The notes: generated from the letters alone by a model not told the origin. Shown: positions 1 to 8,695, numbered from the stretch's first letter. The stretch is DNA of 64,000 nt from an uncultured Pseudomonadota bacterium (GCA_963770835.1 CAVYRH010000011.1:1-64000); one strand, 5' to 3'. Numbers and translations are program-made.

Positions 1-10
1 GTCCACGACG
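1..10. repeat. 5' arm of intron-targeted palindrome (5' exon, contains IBS1 CACGACG of intron 1)
   Basis: GTCCACGACG is the reverse complement of CGTCGTGGAC at 1958-1967; nt 4-10 pair with EBS1 at 224-230. Confidence 0.8.
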
Positions 11-1951
11 GTGCGTCCAGAAAAGGCAGGTGTGTTCAGCAAGAGATAGTCTTGCATGGGTAATAGCCAAAGCCCATTAGCTAGGATGGCAGGCAAGCGG
101 GAAACCAAATGCCTGAAGCCCATCAACAAAGCCATCGAAAGGATGGTGAGCGAGTCGTCGGGCCGTAACGAAAGTAAATGCACAGGTGGCCCCGAAAACA
201 CTTGCCTCGGAGGCTGAGTCCGCCGTCGTGGGACGAAAGCATCATGGGACAGCGCGGAGAAATGGCTGAAGCGCTGGAACACTCCGACGGGGTGATAGCA
301 ACGGCACGAAGACAAGGACACGCCAAGCAACTGGAGAAACCCTCCTTGCCCCAGGCAGAAATGCTTGGAGAAAGGTAGGCCGTATAACCGTGACGCGGGA
401 AAACGGTCGAAGGTGAGAGGGTTTAGGATGGGTTCATGGTAGCGATGAAGCGGGGTAATGCCCGTGGAGCGAAGGAACCCTGCTGTTGTTAAGTCCCTCG
501 ACAAAACGGAAGGCAGTGACGGTATGAAAAAGACGTCAATTAACCTGCAAGACCTGAGACGAGAGATATACGTCAAAGCGAAGGCTGAAAAGAACTGGAG
601 TTTCTGGGGACTGTACACCCATGTTTGCAAGATGGAAACGCTTCAACAGGCTTACCGAATGGCTAAGGTAAATAACGGAGCCCCTGGAATAGATGGGGTG
701 ACGTTTGATGCCATTGAGGAGGCCGGAGTGGAGTCGTTTCTGGAAAGCATCCGGGGTGAATTAGTTCAAGGCACGTATAAGCCCGTTCGAAACCGGAAGA
801 AGGAAATACCCAAGGGAAATGGGAAGGTAAGAGTCCTTGGGATACCCAACATTCGGGATAGAGTAGTCCAGGGAGCACTGAAGTTTATTCTGGAACCGAT
901 TTTTGAGGCCGATTTTCAAGAAGGGTCCTATGGGTATCGACCCAAGCGGACCGCTCATGCGGCTGTGAACAGGGTAGCATCGGCAATCGTCTGTAGAAAA
1001 ACCCGAGTCATTGATGTAGACCTCAAGGCATATTTCGACACGGTAAGGCACGACCTTCTGATGAAGAAAGTTGCCCGAAGGGTTGAGGATGAAACGGTGT
1101 TGAGATTGTTGAGGATGATCCTGAAGGCCAGCGGCAAAAGAGGAGTCCCGCAGGGAGGGGTTATTTCCCCTCTTCTGGCTAATCTCTACCTCAACGAGGT
1201 GGATAAGATGCTGGAAAAGGCAAAAGAAGTGACTCGGCAAGGGAAGAACAACTATATCGAATATGCGAGGTTCGCTGACGATATGGTGATCCTTGTTAAT
1301 GGATATCCGCAATGGGAATGGTTGGCAAAGGCTGCCTACCGAAGGTTACTTGAAGAATTGACCAAGCTCGACTTGCAAATCAACACGGACAAGACGCGGA
1401 TAGCAGACTTAACGAAAGGTGAAAGTTTCGGGTTTCTGGGGTTTGACTTTCGACAGGTGAAAACCCGTCGAGGGAAATGGGGGGTGAAGTTCACGCCGAA
1501 AATGAAGGCGCGAGCAACACTTCTGGGTAAGCTCAAGGAAACATTTGGAAGCTTCCAATCTCAGCCGGTGCAGAGGGTGATTGAGATTATCAATCCCAAA
1601 CTGCGTGGGTGGGTGAATTACTTTCGGATAGGGAATTCTAGGCGCTGTTTTAACTACGTGGAAAGATGGGTCGAGAATAAAATCAGACGGCATATGATGC
1701 GTGCGAAGAAGCTCGACGGTTTTGGGCGGGATAGGTGGAGTAGGGAGTGGATATATAAGTATCTGGGGTTGTACAGAAGCTACCAAATACGATATTACCA
1801 AGAACCGAAAGCGCTACCCGTCTGATAGGTCACATAAACTTTGACAGGAAAGCAACAGGTGAGCGTAGTGCGGGAAATCCGCACGCTACGTTCGAGGAGG
1901 CGGGGACTGGAAACGGAGCCAGAAGGCCACCGCACCAGTCCTCGACCCTAC
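11..1951 (+). mobile_element. Group II intron (IIB-like) encoding an RT/maturase
   Basis: 5' GTGCG; DI basal stem TCCAG/CTGGA; EBS1 loop CGTCGTG (224-230) complementary to exon 4-10; DV GAGCGTAGTGCGGGAAATCCGCACGCTACGTTC (1861-1893) with AGC triad; DVI ending CTCGACCCTAC. Confidence 0.95.
524..1825 (+). CDS. ltrA: Group II intron reverse transcriptase/maturase, no endonuclease domain
   Basis: RT motifs GAPGIDG, RDRVVQ, GVPQGG, RFADD, FLGF and X domain GWVNYF; ATG 524 lies in DIV whereas ATG 458 lies in DIII. Confidence 0.95.
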   Translation: MKKTSINLQDLRREIYVKAKAEKNWSFWGLYTHVCKMETLQQAYRMAKVNNGAPGIDGVTFDAIEEAGVESFLESIRGELVQGTYKPVRNRKKEIPKGNGKVRVLGIPNIRDRVVQGALKFILEPIFEADFQEGSYGYRPKRTAHAAVNRVASAIVCRKTRVIDVDLKAYFDTVRHDLLMKKVARRVEDETVLRLLRMILKASGKRGVPQGGVISPLLANLYLNEVDKMLEKAKEVTRQGKNNYIEYARFADDMVILVNGYPQWEWLAKAAYRRLLEELTKLDLQINTDKTRIADLTKGESFGFLGFDFRQVKTRRGKWGVKFTPKMKARATLLGKLKETFGSFQSQPVQRVIEIINPKLRGWVNYFRIGNSRRCFNYVERWVENKIRRHMMRAKKLDGFGRDRWSREWIYKYLGLYRSYQIRYYQEPKALPV

Positions 1952-1968
1952 GGGACCCGTCGTGGACA
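1952..1968. repeat. 17-nt inter-intron exon: loop and 3' arm of the target palindrome, contains IBS1 GTGGACA of intron 2
   Basis: Joining 1-10 to 1952-1968 gives the hairpin GTCCACGACGG-GGAC-CCGTCGTGGAC. Confidence 0.8.
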
Positions 1969-2768
1969 TCGTGCCAGAGGAGGGTTTGCAGAGCCAGCAG
2001 GTGAGGGAGTAGGCCGATGAGGGTCAACCCAAGTCCTGACCAGGTAATCACCAGAGAGCCTGGAAGTCAGCCCCCGGCGTAGGATCGAGAGGTCCTGCCC
2101 GAAACGGGGTCATAAACCTCATTTAGTGAGGGAACAATCCAGCAGTCCGCAACATCAAGTGAATCCTGCCGCTTCGTGAATGGGACACCGAAAGGTGCAA
2201 GGGGATGCCGAGCCGCGTGTCTACTGGCGAAGGCCACGATCCCGCTGAAGAATCTGGTAGCAAGCGGGGCAAGTCCTCCGGAGTATGGGGAACGGAATGT
2301 TGGAAAGGCTATGCAAGCAAGCTGGGAGATCCTACCCGCCAAAAGACTTGCCGCTATAAGGCTAAAACCGAAAAGAGGCAAGGGTGGGAGGAAGTCGGAG
2401 GGGGTCACAGTACCGATGAAGGGGTGGACAACAAAACCACCCTGAGGGAAGGACCCCTGCTTCAACCATGTGTCTCAAAGAAGGTAGGCGCTGGAGCATG
2501 CCCCAAAAGGGCCAACAACTCTGTAGTACCAAAGCGCGAGGCCTTTGACAACAGGCACTATGCCGAGCGGCCAAGGGGGAAGTCGAACCTGTAAAGCCGC
2601 CGGAGGAGAGGTTGTCGGAAAGCCGTATGATCGAAAAGGTCACGTACGGTTTGACGAGGGGGCGCTGGAAACGAAGTGATGAGGGAACCTCGTTGGGGCA
2701 CGGAACCGGAAACGGGGAAACAGATCAAGGAACCCTCTGCACACCATCGCGCCAGTGCTCTACTCTGC
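1969..2768 (+). mobile_element. ORF-less group II intron with non-canonical termini
   Basis: DI stems CCAG/CTGG and TTGCAGAGCC/GGCTATGCAA; EBS1 TGTCTAC (2218-2224); J2/3 GGA; DIII GGGGTCACAGTACCGATGAAG...GAGGGAAGGACCCC; DV AAGCCGTATGATCGAAAAGGTCACGTACGGTTT (2620-2652); extended DVI ending CTCTACTCTGC. Confidence 0.85.
2498..2575 (+). pseudogene. Relic N-terminus of an intron-encoded protein in DIV of intron 2
   Basis: Translates MPQKGQQLCSTKARGL*QQALCRAAK, resembling the KVRxLQxxLYRAAK N-terminus of group II IEPs; stop at 2546. Confidence 0.55.
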
Positions 2769-2817
2769 AACAAAAAAAGTGCTGAATAGGCTGTCCCGTG
2801 TTTGAGGGAGAATTTCT

Positions 2818-3858
2818 GTGAATAAAACTTTCTTGATGTTCTTCCTGCTTACCCAATCCATTTCCTTCGCGAAATCCCTCCCTATCATCAATCTTGGGGA
2901 CGCCAATCAGGCGCCAAATTATTCATCTAAATTGGTTTGTTCCAATCTTGCTCATGGTGAATTCACGGTTACGGACACTAACGAATATGGGGTGCTAATT
3001 GAGGGCGGCATAGGCATGTACTCCACGCCAAGTCCGACACTGGTGATCCGGCAGGACGGGAAAGTCAGGGAACTGGATCTTCAAAAAATGTTCAAAGGCG
3101 ACATCATCCGGCTAGTTATGGACGAGGAGGGGTTCTTATTTCTGGAAAACCAAGTGAAATTCGGCTGCCATTACGAGATCGCCTGTATTTCCCCAACAGA
3201 CAAAGTGTTATGGATAAAGCCCTTCACCTATGGCGGTGATTGTTTGGGTGGTGATACCTGGGGTATTTCTGTAGAGCTTTCCCATTTTGATAAGGGGATT
3301 TATGTCGATTATTACGAAAGGCTTCCGACCGGCGAATTCGCAATGAGAATCAAAAATAATTCGGCGAAATTATTTTACTTGAAGGACAAACTCAATAATG
3401 AATGGGAAATAGTCCTGCCAGAAAACAATAAAGGGTATGGTGAAAACATGAATTATTATTCCATCCCTAATACAATGAAAGAGGATTGTAAGATCGCGTA
3501 TAAAAACGGGAATAATACCACAATCGGGTGGGTTCAGATAAAAGAGGCGTATAACCCGAAAGTATCAGGCCAGCCCACCCGGTTGGTCGATCTTTACAAG
3601 GACAAATCGGGGAAATTGTACGCCCTGTATTTTTATGATTCCCCTTTAGGGAACGCTTACTCGGATTTCAGGTATGTTGTGACCTATTCAAAAGACGGTT
3701 TACCTACTGGAAAATACGAGATTAAACCAGGTGAAAAATTCCGTATGTTCCAAACCTATCGGTTTGGAGAGCACCCTTACAATGAAAAGGGCGAGATATA
3801 CTTCAGCCGGTCGCGGGACCGCCAACACCAAGATTTGTTAAAGCTCACCCTCCAGTAA
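2818..3858 (+). CDS. Hypothetical secreted protein, AT-rich
   Basis: 346-aa ORF, signal-peptide-like N-terminus, GGGAG RBS, visibly lower GC than its neighbours. Confidence 0.7.
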   Translation: MNKTFLMFFLLTQSISFAKSLPIINLGDANQAPNYSSKLVCSNLAHGEFTVTDTNEYGVLIEGGIGMYSTPSPTLVIRQDGKVRELDLQKMFKGDIIRLVMDEEGFLFLENQVKFGCHYEIACISPTDKVLWIKPFTYGGDCLGGDTWGISVELSHFDKGIYVDYYERLPTGEFAMRIKNNSAKLFYLKDKLNNEWEIVLPENNKGYGENMNYYSIPNTMKEDCKIAYKNGNNTTIGWVQIKEAYNPKVSGQPTRLVDLYKDKSGKLYALYFYDSPLGNAYSDFRYVVTYSKDGLPTGKYEIKPGEKFRMFQTYRFGEHPYNEKGEIYFSRSRDRQHQDLLKLTLQ

Positions 3859-3895
3859 TAAAAAGTTCCGTCTTTAAAAGCGGAGGTTTGAAATA

Positions 3896-3925
3896 GTCCA
3901 CGATGAGGGAACCCGCATTGGACAA
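3896..3925. repeat. Degenerate second copy of the intron target palindrome, followed by a T tract (possible terminator)
   Basis: GTCCACGATGAGGGAACCCGCATTGGACAA aligns with the reconstituted GTCCACGACGGGGACCCGTCGTGGACAA. Confidence 0.65.
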
Positions 3926-4025
3926 CCTTTTTTCAATAAAAGCGTTTTCGGGCCGTTGTCCCACCCCCTGAAAGCTTCCGCCTTCCTGATAGAATAACGC
4001 CTTCTAATTTCCTAAAAGGTAAGCC

Positions 4026-5384
4026 ATGCTCCAGCCCTTCTACACTTTCCTTTCCTTCGTGCGCGACATCGGCGAGGAAAGCTTCGAGATTCTCCTCAAA
4101 AAACCCCTCTTCCATATCGGCCGCCATAGCCTCAAAGTGCGGGAAATGTTCGTGGGAATCCCGTCCCGGCAGGCGGTAACCATCTATGCCGGTGTGCTTT
4201 GGGTTATTCCCATCGCTATGGTTCAGCCCTATCTCAGTCTTTATATGGTGGCTTTGGGGTTTTCCACGACCGAAGTGGGGGTTTATCAATCCCTCATGTG
4301 TTTCGTCGGCCTCGTCTTCTTTTTCATCGGAGGCTATTTTTCCGACGTCTGGGGACGGAAAAAAACCCTTATTTTTTTCGACATCGTGAGTTGGGAGGGA
4401 TATTGCCTGTGCCTGGCCCTGGCCACCAACAAATGGTGGTGCCTGGCGGCTATCTTTTTCATGGCCACCAACGCGGCCTCCGGCCCCCCTTATTTAAGCC
4501 TTTTGTCCGAAGGGGTGCCGGCTAAGAACCGCGCTTTCGTTTTCACGGTCCTGACCATGGTTAATATGGCTCCTTCCCTTTTGTTCTTACCTCTGCTGGG
4601 AGGGATTTGGGTCAATAAAATGGGTTTGGTGGCGGCCAATCATCAGATGTATTGGTTCCACGCGGTTCTAGTCGGCATAGGAATTTTTTTGCGTTGGAAG
4701 CTATTGCCCGAATCGGTCGCTTACGAAAAATCGGCTAAATCTTGGTTTCATGCCTTGAGGGAAGCCATGCGGCAATACCGGCAGGCCCTGGGCGCCTTCT
4801 TCCGGAAGCCGGTTTCCAAGACCTTTCTTTTTTCAAAGTTCTTGGACGAGTGGATTATTTTCGTCTGGGGCACTTACGCGTCCCTTTATTGCGTGAAATA
4901 TTTGGGCCTCAAAGATTCCTATCTTTCCATTCTTCCTCCGCTTGCAAATTACGTAGCTTTCCTTAGCCTCTTCCTGGTCATTCCCAATCTAACTGAGAGG
5001 TTCATGATGAGGATTTTGGGGTTTGACCAGCTCTTCGGTTTGACGGCCCTGGTGGCGCTTCTTTTATTGAGCCGGGGAGGCGAGAATGTCCTCCTGGTCT
5101 GCCTCTTATCCTCCGGCTTGGCGGCGGTGGGAACGGCCTTTTACGGCTCGGTCAGCGCCGCCGTTTGGATGAATATCATGGAGGAGCGGGAAAGGGCCAA
5201 GGTCGTGGCCGCTTCCTATGCCTTGATCAAGGTGGGACTGTTCCTGACAGGTTCATTGGGCGCTTTATTGTACGGAAAAGTCACACCCCAGTCCCTTTTG
5301 TGGGTCATGATCGGCATGAGGGTGGTAGGATTCATCCTCTTGCGGCGGGTGGCGAATCGCATGGCAATTTCATCAACGGCTTGA
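4026..5384 (+). CDS. MFS transporter
   Basis: About 12 hydrophobic segments; motif A GGYFSDVWGRKK. Confidence 0.85.
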   Translation: MLQPFYTFLSFVRDIGEESFEILLKKPLFHIGRHSLKVREMFVGIPSRQAVTIYAGVLWVIPIAMVQPYLSLYMVALGFSTTEVGVYQSLMCFVGLVFFFIGGYFSDVWGRKKTLIFFDIVSWEGYCLCLALATNKWWCLAAIFFMATNAASGPPYLSLLSEGVPAKNRAFVFTVLTMVNMAPSLLFLPLLGGIWVNKMGLVAANHQMYWFHAVLVGIGIFLRWKLLPESVAYEKSAKSWFHALREAMRQYRQALGAFFRKPVSKTFLFSKFLDEWIIFVWGTYASLYCVKYLGLKDSYLSILPPLANYVAFLSLFLVIPNLTERFMMRILGFDQLFGLTALVALLLLSRGGENVLLVCLLSSGLAAVGTAFYGSVSAAVWMNIMEERERAKVVAASYALIKVGLFLTGSLGALLYGKVTPQSLLWVMIGMRVVGFILLRRVANRMAISSTA

Positions 5385-5395
5385 GGTAAAAGGAA

Positions 5396-6274
5396 ATGGA
5401 ACCGGGTTATCTTTACGCTTTTACTGCTTTTTTTTGCATCGGTAGTTATATGGTGCCTGTGCGTTTCGCCACGGCGAAGGGGCTTCAATTCCTGCCTTTT
5501 ATGGGGCTGGGCATGGTGGTTGTGGACCTTTTACGCATACCCTCCCTCGAGAACCTTTGGGCTCATCCCCTTTGGTTTTGGGGCTGCTTTTTGGCGGGTA
5601 TTCTTTGGGCCGCCGGCCAGACCCTGGCCAACCTGTCCTTGGAACAAGTTAGCCTCGCCAAGGCTTCTGTTCTCTTCAATTCAAACTCATTCATCAACAT
5701 CGCCATTGGACTCCTGGTATTTCACGAAGCCTCCGGTTTGAAGTCCTATCTCTTGCTCCTGGCTGGTGGAATCCTTCTTTTTATTGGCGCATGGTGGGTG
5801 GCCCGCATTTCGGCGGCCCCTTCGAAGGAGGGAAACCTTAAAAAAGGGGTTCTTTATGGACTATTGGCGGGGCTCTTTTGGGGCCTTTATTTTGCGCCCA
5901 CGAAAGCCGTGCAAGTTTGGGATCCTCAGCCATCCTTGTCCCCCCTGGATGTTTTAAGCGGTCTGGTCCTTGGGGGCACGATCCCGGCTCTGGCCCTTTT
6001 CTTCTTTTGCCAAAGACGGCTTTGGACCACCCGAAATATCGCCGCCGGGGCGGTGACCACCCTTTTTTGGGTTGCGGGAACGACTTTCTTTTTGTTGGCC
6101 AATCAAGCCTTGGGTTTGTCGAGGTCGGTTCCCATTGTGAATTCCAGCGGACTGGTTTACGCCCTCTGGTCTCTTTTCGTTTTTAAGGAATTTCCACTTT
6201 CCCAATGGCCCAAGGTTTTGGGGGGAACCCTCCTCGTAGTGGGTGGAGTTATCCTGATGGCGTGTTCCAATTAA
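5396..6274 (+). CDS. DMT-superfamily (GRP/GlcU-like) sugar transporter
   Basis: Two repeats of 5 TM segments, GSYMVP and GLYFAP motifs, C-terminal VFKE. Confidence 0.7.
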   Translation: MEPGYLYAFTAFFCIGSYMVPVRFATAKGLQFLPFMGLGMVVVDLLRIPSLENLWAHPLWFWGCFLAGILWAAGQTLANLSLEQVSLAKASVLFNSNSFINIAIGLLVFHEASGLKSYLLLLAGGILLFIGAWWVARISAAPSKEGNLKKGVLYGLLAGLFWGLYFAPTKAVQVWDPQPSLSPLDVLSGLVLGGTIPALALFFFCQRRLWTTRNIAAGAVTTLFWVAGTTFFLLANQALGLSRSVPIVNSSGLVYALWSLFVFKEFPLSQWPKVLGGTLLVVGGVILMACSN

Positions 6275-6291
6275 AATCCAAAAAAAGAATT

Positions 6292-6392
6292 TTGAATCAC
6301 CAAGCTCACCAAGAAAGGCTTAAAGAATAGATTGATTCATAAGATAAAATCTTTTTGGTGTTCTTGGTGCCCTTCGTGCCTTTGTGGTTCAA
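6292..6392. repeat. Nonamer-repeat inverted hairpin element
   Basis: TTGAATCACCAAGCTCACCAAG ... CTTGGTGCCCTTCGTGCCTTTGTGGTTCAA. Confidence 0.7.
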
Positions 6393-6449
6393 TGAGTTTG
6401 CCGATTAGCGCTTGAAACTTCTCTTTGAAAAACCCATAATCTCTTTCTC

Positions 6450-7025
6450 ATGAAACCCCAAAATAATATCGCACTCAAGGAATGGGCCGTTGTTCTGAAA
6501 GGCCTGGAGGAAGGAAGGCAGACCATCCTTCTTCGCAAGGGCGGCATCCAGGAAGAGGGCGGGGAATTCAAACCCGAACACCCCGAATTCTTCCTTTATC
6601 CCACTTTTGAGCACGAAACCGCCGCGGATATCAAGCCCGACTGGCGGCCCCGGCTGGCCTCTATTGAGAAAGAAAACAAGGACCCCAAACGGATCCACTT
6701 CCGCCTTTACGGCGTCGCGGAAAAGGTGGAGAAGGTCACCGATTGGGAGGCCTTCAAGCGGCTGATCCCCTTTACGGTCCTAAGTGATGAAGCCGTCGAA
6801 AAAAAGTTCAATTACGGCGACTGGCAGGGCGCTTATGTCTTTATCACCCGTGTTTATTCCTTGCCGGTTCCCATGGACCTGCCCGTGAAGCCTTCCTATG
6901 AAGGGTGCAAGAGCTGGGTGCCCTTGGAAACCTCCATGTTCACGGCGGGTTCCATGCCGGTTATCCCGGAAGGGGCTTGGCCTTATACGCGGGATAAAAT
7001 TTCCAAGGTCCTTCACTCCGCCTAA
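6450..7025 (+). CDS. DUF1802 family protein
   Basis: ALKEWA, ILLRKGGI.E, FFLYPTFEH and GCKSWV motifs. Confidence 0.85.
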   Translation: MKPQNNIALKEWAVVLKGLEEGRQTILLRKGGIQEEGGEFKPEHPEFFLYPTFEHETAADIKPDWRPRLASIEKENKDPKRIHFRLYGVAEKVEKVTDWEAFKRLIPFTVLSDEAVEKKFNYGDWQGAYVFITRVYSLPVPMDLPVKPSYEGCKSWVPLETSMFTAGSMPVIPEGAWPYTRDKISKVLHSA

Positions 7026-7075
7026 CACCTTTCTTTCCACTCCCCGCCTACCGTTTTTACACCTATGATTATCTT

Positions 7076-7921
7076 ATGAAACTACAACCGGTAGTGGCTG
7101 GAGCTTTTTATCCGGGGAGCCGCAAGGAACTCCAGGCGGCCTTGAACGCCTTGGGCAAGGAGGAAGCCCCGAAGCTGGAGGGAGAGCCCTTAGCCTTTCT
7201 TTTGCCCCACGCGGGTTACCCCTATTCGGGCGCGGTGGCGGCTTTGGGGTATAGAACCTTATCCACCTCGATTGAAACCGTCATCGTCGCGGGTCCCAGC
7301 CATTACCTCCCCTTCCGTGGAGTGTCGGTTTTCGCGGGGGAATCGGCCCTGACCCCCCTTGGGGAAGTGGCCGTAGACCAGGCAGCGGCCGAGTTTTTAA
7401 TGAAAGCCGATTCCCATATCGCCGAGATCATGCCCGCCTTTGCCAAGGAACACTCAGTGGAAGTGCACTTGCCTATGATCCAGACCTACCTGCCCAAGGC
7501 CAAGGTGGTTCCCCTGGTGATGGGGCAGGGCGTGAAAGAGGCGGTGGAACCACTGGCCAAGGCGCTTTTGGCCCTTTCCCGGGAAAAGAAATTTATTTTC
7601 GTGGCTTCCTCCGACCTTTCCCATTACCCCGCCTATGAAACGGCGGTGGAAGCCGACCGGCAGTTCCTGGACGCCTTGTTGACTGGGGACGAGAAAAAGG
7701 TGGATGGAGTTGATGAAACGATCATGTCCCAAGGCTATCCCGACTACTATTGCACCCATTGCGGGAAAGAACCCGTATCGGTCCTTTTGAGGTTCGCCAA
7801 GGGAATGGACGCGAAAAAAAGCCAGCTTTTGGCCTATCGGAACTCAGGCGATGTCACGGGCGAGCATACCCGTGTAGTAGGATATGGAGCAGTGGCCTTC
7901 TGCAAGGAAACTAGCTGGTAG
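7076..7921 (+). CDS. amrB: AmmeMemoRadiSam protein B (MEMO1 family)
   Basis: VAGAFYP, PHAGY.YSG, EHS.EV.LP, SSDLSHY, VVGYGA. Confidence 0.9.
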   Translation: MKLQPVVAGAFYPGSRKELQAALNALGKEEAPKLEGEPLAFLLPHAGYPYSGAVAALGYRTLSTSIETVIVAGPSHYLPFRGVSVFAGESALTPLGEVAVDQAAAEFLMKADSHIAEIMPAFAKEHSVEVHLPMIQTYLPKAKVVPLVMGQGVKEAVEPLAKALLALSREKKFIFVASSDLSHYPAYETAVEADRQFLDALLTGDEKKVDGVDETIMSQGYPDYYCTHCGKEPVSVLLRFAKGMDAKKSQLLAYRNSGDVTGEHTRVVGYGAVAFCKETSW

Positions 7922-7956
7922 TTACCGAGGGATGGCTATTAACTAGGGGCAATTAC

Positions 7957-8538
7957 ATGAATCCAGCGGAAATGGTCAGCGAAAAAGACCAACAATTGCT
8001 TCTTCAGTTGGCCCGTTACGCCATCCAAACCACCATCCAAAAGGGCCGGAGGTTGCCCACGGTGGAATCCCTTTCATCCCTATTGCGGGAAAAACGGGGA
8101 ACTTTTGTCACTCTTTGGGCGGAGGAATTACGCGGTTGCATAGGATTTCCTTATCCGGTGAAGCCCTTGGCCGAGGCGGTTCAGGAAGCCGCCGTCAGCG
8201 CCGCCCTGCAGGACCCACGCTTTCCCCCCGTGCGCCTGGAGGAGTTATCGCACCTGGAAATCGAGATTTCGGTATTGACCGTCCCGAAAGCCCTGGAGCC
8301 GTCCCAAATCCAAGTGGGCGTGCACGGGCTCATTGTCAGCCGCGGAAACCGGTCGGGTCTTCTTCTTCCCCAGGTGGCCATGGAATACCAATGGGATGCC
8401 CAGACTTTCCTGGAGCAGACCTGCGTCAAGGCGGGCCTTCCGCCAGACGCTTGGCGGGAAAAAATCAACCTCTACGCGTTTGAGGCGCAAGTTTTTAGTG
8501 AAGCCGACTTGAAGAAGAAAAAAAACGAGATTCCCTGA
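7957..8538 (+). CDS. amrA: AmmeMemoRadiSam protein A (AMMECR1 family)
   Basis: GTFVTL, LRGCIG, DPRFPP, GLLLPQVA. Confidence 0.9.
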   Translation: MNPAEMVSEKDQQLLLQLARYAIQTTIQKGRRLPTVESLSSLLREKRGTFVTLWAEELRGCIGFPYPVKPLAEAVQEAAVSAALQDPRFPPVRLEELSHLEIEISVLTVPKALEPSQIQVGVHGLIVSRGNRSGLLLPQVAMEYQWDAQTFLEQTCVKAGLPPDAWREKINLYAFEAQVFSEADLKKKKNEIP

Positions 8539-8695
8539 GAATTCTTTTCCCAACCCTCGTTGAAAGGCGGGGAATCCAGACTTATAATAACGTCGTATTC
8601 GGTCTCTTGGTCGGTTGAACCCTGCCCTTGAAAAAAACGACAACTACTCCCCACTATAAGATGGGAAAGCCAAATAGATAGATGGAGCCTGAGCC

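Noticed and set aside
458..523. Longer IEP start given by the ORF track
   Set aside because: It falls in ribozyme domain III; ATG 524 inside DIV gives the typical IEP N-terminus.
1..2768. Twintron interpretation (intron 1 nested inside intron 2)
   Set aside because: Intron 2 has its own DI basal stem, epsilon and IBS1 downstream of 1951, so the two are tandem. An unseen outer intron cannot be fully excluded.
1830..2773. Several short ORFs on both strands
   Set aside because: They overlap structured intron RNA and have no recognisable protein features.
1952..2780. Reconstituted palindrome plus A tract as an intrinsic terminator
   Set aside because: The A tract is 3' of the stem on the + strand, which gives no stem-then-U geometry on either strand.
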